Under the pieces are notes generated by a model. The model searched no databases. It was given only the letters and a program-made list of their open reading frames with translations, and was not told the DNA's origin. Made by a program: the position numbers and the translations under genes. A stretch of 64,000 nt of DNA from Hormiphora californensis. Lineage: Eukaryota > Animalia > Ctenophora. The first letter of the stretch is position 1. Every line of letters starts with the position of its first letter. Below, in pieces: positions 11,501-20,826 of this stretch. The stretch is from contig CM035350.1 of the NCBI GenBank assembly GCA_020137815.1, forward strand, positions 434,001-498,000, in the 5' to 3' direction.

Positions 11501-11841
11501 GTTTTTCTTTGGTTGCGGTTACCCCGTCCGGATCACCACTCCGGGACGGCTGGATCTCTCTAGAGTTAGCCAGGACAACATATAGTAGGAGTTGAACTGA
11601 AGGACTCTGAGTGCATAATTTACCACTGGTTTGTTCCACTAAGCCTATAGAAGGCAGAGTGGTGCATGCTCAGTGGTTCACTACACACTTTAGCCCACGT
11701 TTGCCACCGTACATAAAATACAGCCAGTCTTTTTAGGACTCGTGGTTAACCACCCCTAGGTGTTCTGTCATTACTCAGCATCGGACCTATGTGCCTCTTC
11801 CCCTATGACATGCAACAATCAATAAGGGGAAAATAAGAGGG
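8561..11841 (-). mobile_element. Apparently full-length RTE-clade non-LTR retrotransposon
   Basis: Single APE-RT ORF. A (TAAGTCAAG)-type repeat tail follows the stop at 8561-8578. ~300-bp 5' UTR. Candidate TSD GAGAAAGGA at 8552-8560 and 11842-11850 is low complexity, so the 5' end is uncertain. Confidence 0.88.
8576..11497 (-). CDS. AP endonuclease + reverse transcriptase, 973 aa, uninterrupted
   Basis: APE motifs GTFNCRTL, GIQEH, GDFNA, LDYIL, SDH. RT motifs NYRGIAL, QNGFR, DFVKAFDS, GVLQGDTLAPYLF, FADD, YLGS. RTE-type C-terminus LYGCETW...RGRP...W. Confidence 0.97.
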   Translation of the reverse strand: MNKVIHRTRIGTFNCRTLRTADKVSELAYQFSKHGIGLLGIQEHRIVHPETVKRTQAGPDSILLTSTAWRNSMGASVGGVGILMGTNASKLIVETRVVSNRILAVTFAGNPKLTLVTVYSPTEGAEFDEVEQFHNELREYLHEVPAHNLLIVCGDFNARLGWEGTSSGWYYHRTTSRNGVLLKETMEETNLEATNTRFRKKKCRLWTFLSDGTQRKATLDYILIRKKWRNSIKDTTTSEALSSLGSDHRLLIAKVKLTLRKRKTLPGRPNLDYGPLRTDPDLRDRFSVEVHNRFSCLTSTAEDDPTTNYGHFISAVQETSKALLGKKRKRLKDVVAEDYRVKRVRTELECASKEYHEAPDERTRTRVNRAKEGLSGAYGEVESEIIEGKIRRVEDAARNAKSREVWRIVNEVSGRNLRTASQLEGGSPEERNDIWLNHFRTLLGSTPSGSSDTEVEQLFPPADIFNGSFTLEEYQRAKKRIKEGKAYGDDSIPPEVLKRCDLDEIVLGFCNGALEGKGIPEQWTVSNIIPVPKKGDLSKPGNYRGIALTSIVAKTLNRMLLHRIRPYIETKLLDSQNGFREGRSTTSHILTLRRILEGARRKQLPVAMAFIDFVKAFDSINRSSLIKILRAYGIPDAIVDLIQWLYTNTKAQILTADGVTAIFEIVAGVLQGDTLAPYLFIIVLDYCLRIALSRHPEIGFTLRPARSRRVGASRVTDTGFADDVALLANSVEELGVLLREVETVCKEVGLAINQNKTELIVENISDPEPLLTCDGHTIKTTDDFKYLGSWIRDSNKDIKNRKSKAWVACHGLKKVWNSDLKDELKCRLFVATVETVLLYGCETWTLTKQMEKSLNGAYTRMLRMALNKNQWQLRMTNGTLYGIGGLPILSTKIAERRLRLAGHAQRHSELTLHKVLLWEPTHGQCKRGRPSKTFVDVLRQDTGLGDVKEIASVMEERDAWRKLVQGVREFHPP

Positions 11842-12172
11842 GAGAAAGGAGCGATAATAATAAGAGGAAGATAATAATAAGAGGAAGCGATAATAATAAG
11901 AGGAAGATAGATCATAGAGGCTAAAGCTACTGTAAATTGTAGCCATCAACGATCGCCAATGAAATTTACGCAATGCTATTATCATATATACATATGTATA
12001 AATTGTATGCTTACTGATTTTCATCATTAGATACCATAGAAGATGATGACACATAAAGTTCCGCTTGGCGAAGTCTTCTCACTTTCGAGCTGAAAGGACA
12101 GATTGTTGAAAAGCTTCGACAATGAATCAGAAAATTGAATCAGTACAATTATAGGGTGACAATATAATGAGT

Positions 12173-12849
12173 TTGGTGACATTGACACCTAGTGCGTGCG
12201 AGATCGAGGTCGCGCAGCGACCGAGAACGAGCTCGCACATAGGTGTCCGCTCCGCCCCCTAAAAAAGGGTCGTGTCTTTCAAGCCAAATTGCACGTGATC
12301 CACTGGACCGATTTGCATCCGGTTTGTCGCAAAAGACTACAAATTGGTCCTAGTTTACTGGAAAATACCCGAGAAGTTTGTCTGTTAACAGGAAGTGGGT
12401 CAAAATTGACACTGAAGTCAAATCTGTAATCTGGCTTCCGAGCCTTTTTGCACCACTCCCAGACGGTGTAGAATGAATCTGAGGGTATCAGAAGATAGGT
12501 TGAACTCTTGTGAGTACTGGAAAATACCCGGCATTAATAGCTGATGCTAATTGCATCAACATATCTCCCAATATCTTCTAAATCGCATGTGCGTAGTGCA
12601 GAAACTCTCGGAAGCCAGATTATAGGTTTGACTTCAGTGTCAATTTTGACCCACTTCCTGTTGACAGACAAACTTCTCGGGTATTTTCCAGTATATTAGG
12701 ATCATTTGTAGTCTTTTACGACAAACCGGATGCAAATCGGTCCAGTGGATCGCGTGTAACATCCCTTGAAAGAAACGACCCTTTTTGGGGCGGAGCAGAC
12801 ACCTGTGTGTGAGCTCAATCTTGCTCGCGCACGGTGTCTATGTCACCAA
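12173..12849. mobile_element. Foldback MITE with 9-bp TSD (Mutator-like)
   Basis: ATAATGAGT|TTGGTGACATTGACACC ... GGTGTCTATGTCACCAA|ATAATGAGT, with long internal inverted arms. Second copy at 63063-63873. Confidence 0.88.
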
Positions 12850-13457
12850 ATAATGAGTGTGTATTGTAATACATTATAACTGAGATGCATACGATGCTGC
12901 CGTCAGTATACTTTTCACATAGCTTGCTAGCTTTCGACATTCTAACCTAAAGTCCAATAGTAATTCTATACCATCTGCACCATCTACTCTGCTACCATCC
13001 ACTTGAACATCGCATGATGAAACTGTGTATGAAACACGCAGCTGTGCATTTTCATGTTTTGGTGAGTGTTGTGCACATTATAAAGGAGCACCTTGTTGTT
13101 GTGTGCATGGCTCAGTTACCCACGGGTAGTATACGTTGCCCCTGATGACGCGAGGTGGACATGAAATTATCGGGAAGTTATCCCTCTACCATTTTAGAAT
13201 TTTCGAATTCTTACCCTGAATGATCTTTTTAGCTTGCCAAGCAAGACTGTGTTTCCGGGGCCCCGCTCCCGAATCACAAATGTAAAGGGAGGGTTAGAAA
13301 ATAAAAATTTTTTAAGCACATTCGGGTGCAAGATTCATAGATCATGATATTTATTCACTATTTTTCGATTCAAGCCAAATATTATTTCTTACATCATTCA
13401 AAGGATGAAAATGATTGCATTTGTGAACAATTGTGACCAACCAGGACCTTATCCCGG

Positions 13458-13630
13458 TCGCTTGTAGTGGGAAAACCGTAATGGAAAACGGAGATACGGT
13501 AAGAGGACGCGCAACAGTGGCCAATCAGGGCGCTAGTACGTGCTGAACACATGCACTTTTTGCGCGTTATGCATCGTGCACATCTCCTTACTGTATTTCC
13601 TGTGCGGTAATACGACTACAAGCAGCAATG
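13458..13630. mobile_element. Short MITE-like repeat (second copy ~24990-25162)
   Basis: Both copies share GACGCGCAAC.GTG.CCAATCAGGGCGCTAGTACGTGCTG and the inverted GATAC.GTAAG / CTTACTGTAT arms. Confidence 0.6.
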
Positions 13631-13848
13631 TAAGAAAAAAAAGGTTTGAGTCAACGCAAAACATGTAATAATATATGGAATGAATTTTAAGGGGGATAAA
13701 AAGAGGCAGATTGGGAGACTGAGAGGAAAAGAGAGGATAACGTATTAAGAAAGGAAGGATGGCTATAAGCGGGGAATTAGTCTTTGTCCCTTCCTACGAG
13801 TGTACAATGTAGAGATTTGGTGGTTACTGTACATGCATTCTACATCTC

Positions 13849-16800
13849 TCAGCTCCTCTTCTTCTGCCTCAGTCTTAATTTACTGGAACAAGCGGCTATT
13901 CTAATTCACACTCGGGGATCAACTGAGCAGATAAAGTTCCTACTGTCAGCATTCAATGGACTCACCTTCTCCCCAGGATTGCCAACCCCCGGGGAGGGGG
14001 GGGGGGGTAATCATGGTGACAAGTGGTGACAAGTGGTGATAAATGGTGACTCATCTGACCATTTAGGGCCGGGTATGTCACCATCACCATATGTCTTCTT
14101 CTTCTTCTTCTGGGAGGACGCTGGCTAGTGCGAAGCACTAGCCAGTAAGGGGTGGGTGCCATGGGGCTCCCGTTCCCCGTCCTGGGTGGTGTGGCTGGTA
14201 TGTTGCCAACTGCTTCGGCCCAAGGAGACTTGGGGAGCTGGTGCCATACCAGGTCACAGGGGAAACCTCCCTTTAAGGGGTGGTTTCAGGGGGGTGAAGT
14301 ATCTCCATCGCCTTCTTATAGAACGAGATCGTTTTTCTAAGGGGTTGATGGTGTCTAATTTCGTACATGCTGAGGCCCAGCCTGTCAAAGGATTCCTGTC
14401 GGAGTTTCCAAAGGGCGGGGCATTCAGTAAGTACATGCTTTATTGTCTCGTCTTCCATCCCACATGCTGCACAGGTTGTGGTCTCGACTTTTTTTAATTT
14501 TTTCATGTGGTAGTTAAGGTGGCAGTGCCCTGTGAGTAGGTGTGTCGCCGCCCTTAGGTCTGTTCTATTAAGTTTTTGAAGAGGTCTCTCATATCTTTCG
14601 GTCCACATCATGTCCATATGTTTGGTTTGTTTGATGGGTCCGGTTTTAACCTTCTCCCTGAGGGCTGCATAGGCTGCCGCTTTGGGAATTGGTATGAGAG
14701 TAACTTCTTCGATTTCCTGAGCACCCCTTTTTGCCAAGATGTCTGCTATTTCGTTTCCATCGTACCCTTGATGGGCCGGGATCCATCTAATCATGACATC
14801 GTTGAATATGGCTAGGGTGTTCAGATTTTTGATAGTCTTTATCGTGGTTTTTGATCTGCATGTCGTGGAGTCTAGGGTCTTTATTGTCCCTTGACTGTCA
14901 CAGTTTATGAGTATTCGCTCGTTAGCTGTTCCCCTATCCAGGAGATATTGAGCCGTCTGTTGTATGGCATACATTTCTGCCGCCGGGACAGTTCCTTCGG
15001 GGCCTAGGTTATACGAATTTCGAGCTAGCTCTGTTTCGCCAGAGTGGATAATGTATCCTGCACCGGCATTGTTGTTAATTTTTGACCCATCAGTGTGTGC
15101 AACTATCGTGTACTTGTCTCCATCCTCCAAAAACGTCTCCCTTTCTGGGATCTCTAACGAGAATTCCCTGTCTAGGGTGAGTTCCGGGGTTGTGAGATCG
15201 TGACATCTGCCCTCTGCTTCCAGAGTTCTGAGATCACGTGATACCGTGTTGGCATGCGAAGTGAACACTTTTGGGGTCTTTAGGTCTGATTTTATTGGCC
15301 CTTCCCATTCTCCCGTTGCCATTAGGGTGTATGCAGTTTTGGCTGCACAGTACCTCAGATGGTCGGTGATCGGGCCGGTGTTTGTGATTGTGTCTAGGGC
15401 TGTTGATGGCGTCGAGGGCATGGCCCCAGTTACCATCTTGAGTGCTAGCCTCTGTACCCTTATCATGTTTTCTTTGTTTGTTTTGGTTCGCATTGCATTA
15501 GCCCAGACCATTGCCCCGTAGCATAAGGTGGGTCTCACTATTGCAGTGTATATCCATAGGGCCGTTTTAGGGTTTAGTCCCCACGTGGGTCCCACCACTT
15601 TACGGCACTGCATCAGGATATTTTTTGCTTTTTTTATTTGTTTGTTTACGTGCTCGTTCCAGTTCAGTTTGCTGTCAAGGGTAATCCCTAGAAACTTCGT
15701 GGATTCGGACACTTTGATAGGGTTACCCTGAATTTTGATCGGGTTTCCAATTTTCACATTTTTTCGATGAGTGAATATGACTACATGCGATTTCAGGGCA
15801 CTTAGTTTGAGCCCTACTGTCTTACACCAGGCATTTATGGAATTAAGCCCCTTCTGGGTCGCGTCCCTTAGAGGGAGTATGTCCGCAGAGGGTCCATTTC
15901 TTCCGGAGGGCACCATATGTCACCATATATCACCATTTGTCACCATGATTACCCCCCCCCCCCATTCCCCCAACCCCAACCCCTTCAAACCCCGGCCTGC
16001 TGGTAACTCCATCAAACCTAGATCTCCAAACATGTTTCCTTATTCTCTTCAGCTCGGATCATCTCTTCTTTCTCCCGTGGATAACCTCCTCTATCCTCTC
16101 TTCTCGAATTTTATCATTCCTTCTTGGATATCATCCCTACCTCTCCCCTCCCCAGATCCCATATATACCGTGCGGTCCAGGGTACGTTGGCCTTCTTTTC
16201 ACCCAGAAGTTTAATTTCAATCACTCTGATATTTTGACACAATGTCTGCATGGGTAATCATTCGAGGAATCCGAAGTTTCAAATCATAAAAGTTGAAAGT
16301 TCATTAATGAACTCAATTTTTTTGTTTTTCGGGTTTTTTGAGGTTTTCTCTTAATTAAATTCGATTTTATTATTTAAAAAACCACCATACAATAGAGCAA
16401 GTATCAACAAATGGCAATCTGCATTTTTATTAAAATTGAATCAAGTTTAGTGGGTGTGTTCATTCAATGTTCATTCGGTCAAAAAAAAAGAACTATCCAG
16501 AGGGCTGAAACGTCGGATTCCTTGAATGAGTAACCATGCAGACATTGTGTCAAAATATTGAGTGATTGAAATTAAACTTCTGGGTGAAAAGAAGGCCAAC
16601 GTACCCTCCCTTTAATTTGGGCCACTTTCATTTTTCATTGCTGTTGTAGCTGAAGACGACTGACATAGACCAGCCGAAAGCTCCTGTTCTTAATTGAATA
16701 TTAGTACTGCAAAATCGTTGTTTCTTTTTAATTACTGTTTATGCAGCTCACCACCGCTCACCAGGTTATAGTAAATGGGTGACCCTGTACAAACACAAGA

Positions 16801-16990
16801 AAATAAATATAACAATTACTCACGCAGCAACTGCTGTCTTTCCTTCTGTGATAGAAGGAACTCCTTCATAATTGGTGCGATTCTTAGCGATTGGAAGGCC
16901 AACTCCGAGCTCCTCTAGTTTACGTTTCTTCAGCTGGCTAAGCTCGCTCTGCATATATATCCCCCCTGCTGCGACACTTCCCGCAGCCAT
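13849..16990 (-). CDS. Possible small spliced gene (~67 aa), unknown function
   Basis: Exon 16990-16824 (MAAGSVAAGGIYMQSELSQLKKRKLEELGVGLPIAKNRTNYEGVPSITEGKTAVA) ends at a strong GC|GTGAGT donor. A phase-compatible acceptor TTCCAG at 13883 gives AKLRLRQKKRS*. No family recognised. Confidence 0.3.
14096..15910 (-). mobile_element. 5'-truncated non-LTR retrotransposon with RNase H (I/LOA/R1-group-like), inserted into a MITE
   Basis: ORF holds the RT C-terminus (KFLGITLD), RNase H (TDGSK, AEMYAI, CDSQ, WIPAH..GNEIAD) and a CCHC finger (CAAC..H...C). (GAA)n tail at 14096-14110. TSD CACCATATGTC at 14085-14095 and 15911-15921. Host MITE TIRs GGGTAATCATGGTGACAA / TTGTCACCATGATTACCC. Confidence 0.92.
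16179..16607. mobile_element. MITE with ~100-bp TIRs
   Basis: AGGGTACGTTGGCCTTCTTTTCACCCAGAAGTTTAATTTC... is inverted at 16510-16607. Confidence 0.85.
16646..16687 (+). ncRNA. Minimal type-I hammerhead ribozyme motif (Penelope pLTR-like), slightly degenerate
   Basis: GTAG-CTGAAGA-C-GACTG-acatagac-CAGCC-GAAA-GC-TC-CTGT: canonical core, stem II with one mismatch, palindromic AGCT stem III, stem I with wobbles. Confidence 0.6.
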
Positions 16991-17568
16991 GCAGCTAATA
17001 ATAAGTAAGCTACGTTCGAAATACAGAAAGATAGTAATCTGGAATAAAAATCACATACACAAACACTGGATCAACCGACTATGCTTTGATTCATGGGCAA
17101 GAGACTTATCCCTTTATGCATGGGCTGTCACGGTAATTTGGTATTGTTCGCTACTGTTCTCTGAGAGAGAGAGAGTGTGTGTGAGAGGGAGAGAGAGTGT
17201 GCGAGAGAGAGAGAGAGCGAAGAGAAAAGAGAAGAGAGAGAGAGCTCTAGAGATATAGCTAGAGCGAGAGCGAGTAGCTCTCTAGCGCCCAAGAGATCGC
17301 CCCCCGCTCTCTCTAGATAGGCGCTCCTCTCTCTCACTCTATCTCTCCTTGGACCAAGACTACCCTTGTTGTTATAATGTGGACGAGGGATCCACTGACA
17401 GCTATTATAATACGTGTAGCAATTTAGACGCACGCTGTGGTGTAAGCCCCCCCCCCCCCCCCCCGTTACATAGTAGGGGTACACAATGTATATTAAACCA
17501 AGCGATATATGTGTCTATTGCTATAACTGATTCTTTTGTCCTAAACAATCAATAAAAGTTTATCTACG

Positions 17569-20500
17569 ATGAGTCAGAATCTATTGGGACTTCCACCACG
17601 TAAGTTATCAGACTGGTAATTAGCAAGATCAATTTCCTTATTTCCAGTGTTTATACCATGGTTTTAGATGTTTTCAACTACACCGTAAAACTAGTTATGT
17701 ATTGAGTATGTTGTTGTTTCCATTATTCACACCAGTTTTTTGGGAGGGTACATGACACAGAGGACAGTCATTTAGACGTTTCGGCGTTTCTGCCATTATC
17801 AATAAATTTGATCCATAAATAGTTTTACGTTGTAGTTGATGAAAGTTTGAACAGTGGACCAGTGGAAACCATGAGACTCACTACTGTATACATACCCTAC
17901 CAGTCTCTACCACCGTGTCTGTCTGGCGCCGCGACCCCATCTGAGCGCACTGAGAATCAAATCAGGGTCGCGGCCAGACAGCACCTTTTAAAATGTTTAA
18001 TCATCTTACTCCAACATAGCGAAGCCCCCAATCGAAGACCCTGGTCCGCATCTTCTGGACAGTGTTGATATTAAATATGCACCGCTCTGTGTGGACCTTG
18101 CCCACTGGCTTCACGAGTACACCAATTGTAACATTGAAGTTTCCCAGTTTTGGACGGTATGTTGGTCAACTATTATAGTACAGTATTGATATCCCGATAT
18201 AACGCTACTGACATTCCACTAACATACTCATGTATATCATCTAATGTTTGCTCTGTAGGCACTTCAGAACGGCTGCATATTATGTGAGCTGATGAACAAT
18301 GCCCAGAAGAAGCATTCTTATAACCAGAAAGAGATTTATAAGTATATTGGGTATACTCTACAACAAGATCTAGGCGACCAGCTTTTTTACGTCCGTCTCA
18401 ATGTGGAAACCTTTGTGAGGTAAGAATACGCTACCTAGATAGTAGATGGTAGACTACCATTGGTAGTTCAACCCACTATAACGCTAATTAATGTGGTATT
18501 TATTAGATGGTGCAAGAACTTTGGATGTGACACTTCTCTGCTTTGCGAAGTAGGGGACCTTGTCGAGAGGAAAGACTTGGAGAGATCGCTATCTTGTATC
18601 CATGCTGTTGCTCGCCGCCTCGCAGAACTCAAACTGTCCTACCCAAAATCAGTTAGATTGGAGGTAAGACTCTAACAAATAATTGTATTTTCTTATGTTA
18701 TAATAATGTATTCTTAAATTTAACTCTTACCCTTTCCTTACTCGACCCTGTTTCCCCGCGTTTGAACAAAACAAGATTATCCCAGGTTAAATATCACATG
18801 AGCTACAATCAGATAATTGAGCTGTTCAATGAAGAAAACACCAACTTAACTCCTTACCAAATTGGGATTAAGGAAAGTTTCTCTGAGCTCTGTGAAATTA
18901 TCGGGCTGGGAAAGATCGAGTAAGTAACATATTGTTTAGAAATATGCTGTGTATCAAGCTCCAGAATACATAATAATGATAATGTAGGGCAATTTTTGTA
19001 CAGTTTGTCAAAATTTCATTCAGATTTGTATTTTCTTCAGGGCAGCGTATTGGCAATTTCTGATTTGCCGCATACGGCGTCTAGACGGCGTCGCAACGCC
19101 GTCTAGACGGCGTCTAGACGGTATACCGTCTGGACGGGTTTCGGTGAAATCAGCTAAAAACGGTACCGAAATTGCTTGAGACGGGTTATAGACGGTATCA
19201 GACGGTCTCTAGACGGGTTATAGACGGTATCAGACGGTGTTGCGACGGTATCAGACGGTCTCTAGACGGTGTCTAGACGGTACCGTCGCGGCGTCTGGAC
19301 GGCGTCTGGACGGTGTCTAGACGGTATCCGTCCGAAGTTGAGACGGCACGTCTGAAAATTGTACCAGACGTTGAGACGGACTTTTAGAACTCCGTCTGTA
19401 TTTCAGACGGAGTTTTAAAAGTACGTCTCAACGCAGTCTAAAGGAAAATCGATGAAAGTACCGTCTAGACAACGTCTCAACTGAAACCGGTCAACATACC
19501 GTCTAAACAACGTCTAGACAACGCCTAAACAGAATCTCGCGATTCAGTTTCAAATACCGTCTAGACAACTTCTCCAGCAATTTCGATACGAATACCGTCT
19601 AAACAACGTCTAGACAACGTCTTAAGCGAATCCGATACAGATACCGTCTAAACAACGTCTCATAACCGACACTATCTATCACTGATAGTATCAGCCATAG
19701 ACAGTATCTCACAGTTGTATTACAACGCGATAGCTGGATGTAAGAGTGAATGTGGAGATACCAAAACAGTTTGGTTGAATGTAAGAAGAAACAGCAACCC
19801 GACATTGTCGTCTCATGAATGTAGGCACACATCTACCACTAATTCCAACTGGCATGGGTAATCCAGAATGGTCTTCGAAAACGGTCGAGTCTAGACATCA
19901 TTATTTGAGACGTTGTCTAGACGTTGTTTAGACGGTATTCGTATCGAAATTGCTGGAGAAGTTGTCTAGACGGTATTTGAAACTGAATCGCGAGATTCTG
20001 TTTAGACGTTGTCTAGACGTTGTTTAGACGGTATGTTGACCGGTTTCAGTTGAGACGTTGTCTAGACGGTACTTTCATCGATTTTCCTTTAGACTGCGTT
20101 GAGACGTACTTTTAAAACTCCGTCTGAAATACAGACGGAGTTCTAAAAGTCCGTCTCAACGTCTGGTACAATTTTCAGACGTGCCGTCTCAACTTCGGAC
20201 GGATACCGTCTAGACACCGTCCAGACGCCGTCCAGACGCCGCGACGGTACCGTCTAGACACCGTCTAGAGACCGTCTGATACCGTCGCAACACCGTCTGA
20301 TACCGTCTATAACCCGTCTAGAGACCGTCTGATACCGTCTATAACCCGTCTCAAGCAATTTCGGTACCGTTTTTAGCTGATTTCACCGAAACCCGTCCAG
20401 ACGGTATACCGTCTAGACGCCGTCTAGACGGCGTTGCGACGCCGTCTAGACGCCGTATGCGGCAAATCAGAAATTGCCCAGCGTATTATTGACTTCACAG

Positions 20501-20618
20501 TGGTTACTATTAAGATATTATTTTCAGCATTACTAAACCCCTGGAAGCAAACCGAGATCAATGGAGGAACAACTTGGAGGGAATGTGGGTTGGACAAAGA
20601 CTGGAAAATGGCGAATGA
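17569..20618 (+). CDS. GAS2-type calponin-homology (CH) domain protein, ~236 aa, no GAR domain seen
   Basis: Phase-consistent exons 17569-17599, 18020-18156, 18259-18419, 18507-18663, 18786-18919 and 20528-20618. Motifs LCVDLAHWL, LQNGCILCEL, FYVRLNVETFVRWC, EVGDLVERK and CIHAVARR parallel the GAS2-family CH pattern (EDLAEWL, FARDN..F..WC, E.EDLV..K, CLLEVAR). Confidence 0.8.
17770..17807 (-). ncRNA. Minimal hammerhead ribozyme motif with U3-A8 core variant
   Basis: Minus strand reads ATTTA-TTGATAA-T-GGC-agaaac-GCC-GAAA-CG-TC-TAAAT: perfect 5-bp stem I, 3-bp stem II, palindromic ACGT stem III, GUC cleavage triplet. Confidence 0.6.
19052..20478. mobile_element. Large foldback element, ~570-bp near-perfect TIRs, 9-bp TSD (Mutator- or Merlin-like)
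   Basis: CAGCGTATT|GGCAATTTCTG ... CAGAAATTGCC|CAGCGTATT. Arms are built of GTCTAGAC motifs. Lies in the last intron of the CH-domain gene. Confidence 0.93.
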
Positions 20619-20826
20619 ATATCAGTAAAAGTTTGAGTCGTTTAAGAAAAATAGTCGCATTGAACAGTGTGTATTGTATCAAGAATTCTACTATCGAACA
20701 ATATACGACTCAAAAACAGCCGATTGGTCAACTTATTGTATATAGTTTGTATTGAGTTAGGTATAGAATATTTATTTCATTTAACATGATCAATTACGTT
20801 ATACAACTATACAATTATATTTAGAT

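Noticed and set aside
13139-13175. CCC-CTGATGA...GAAA..TC-GGG hammerhead candidate
   Set aside because: Stem II cannot pair.
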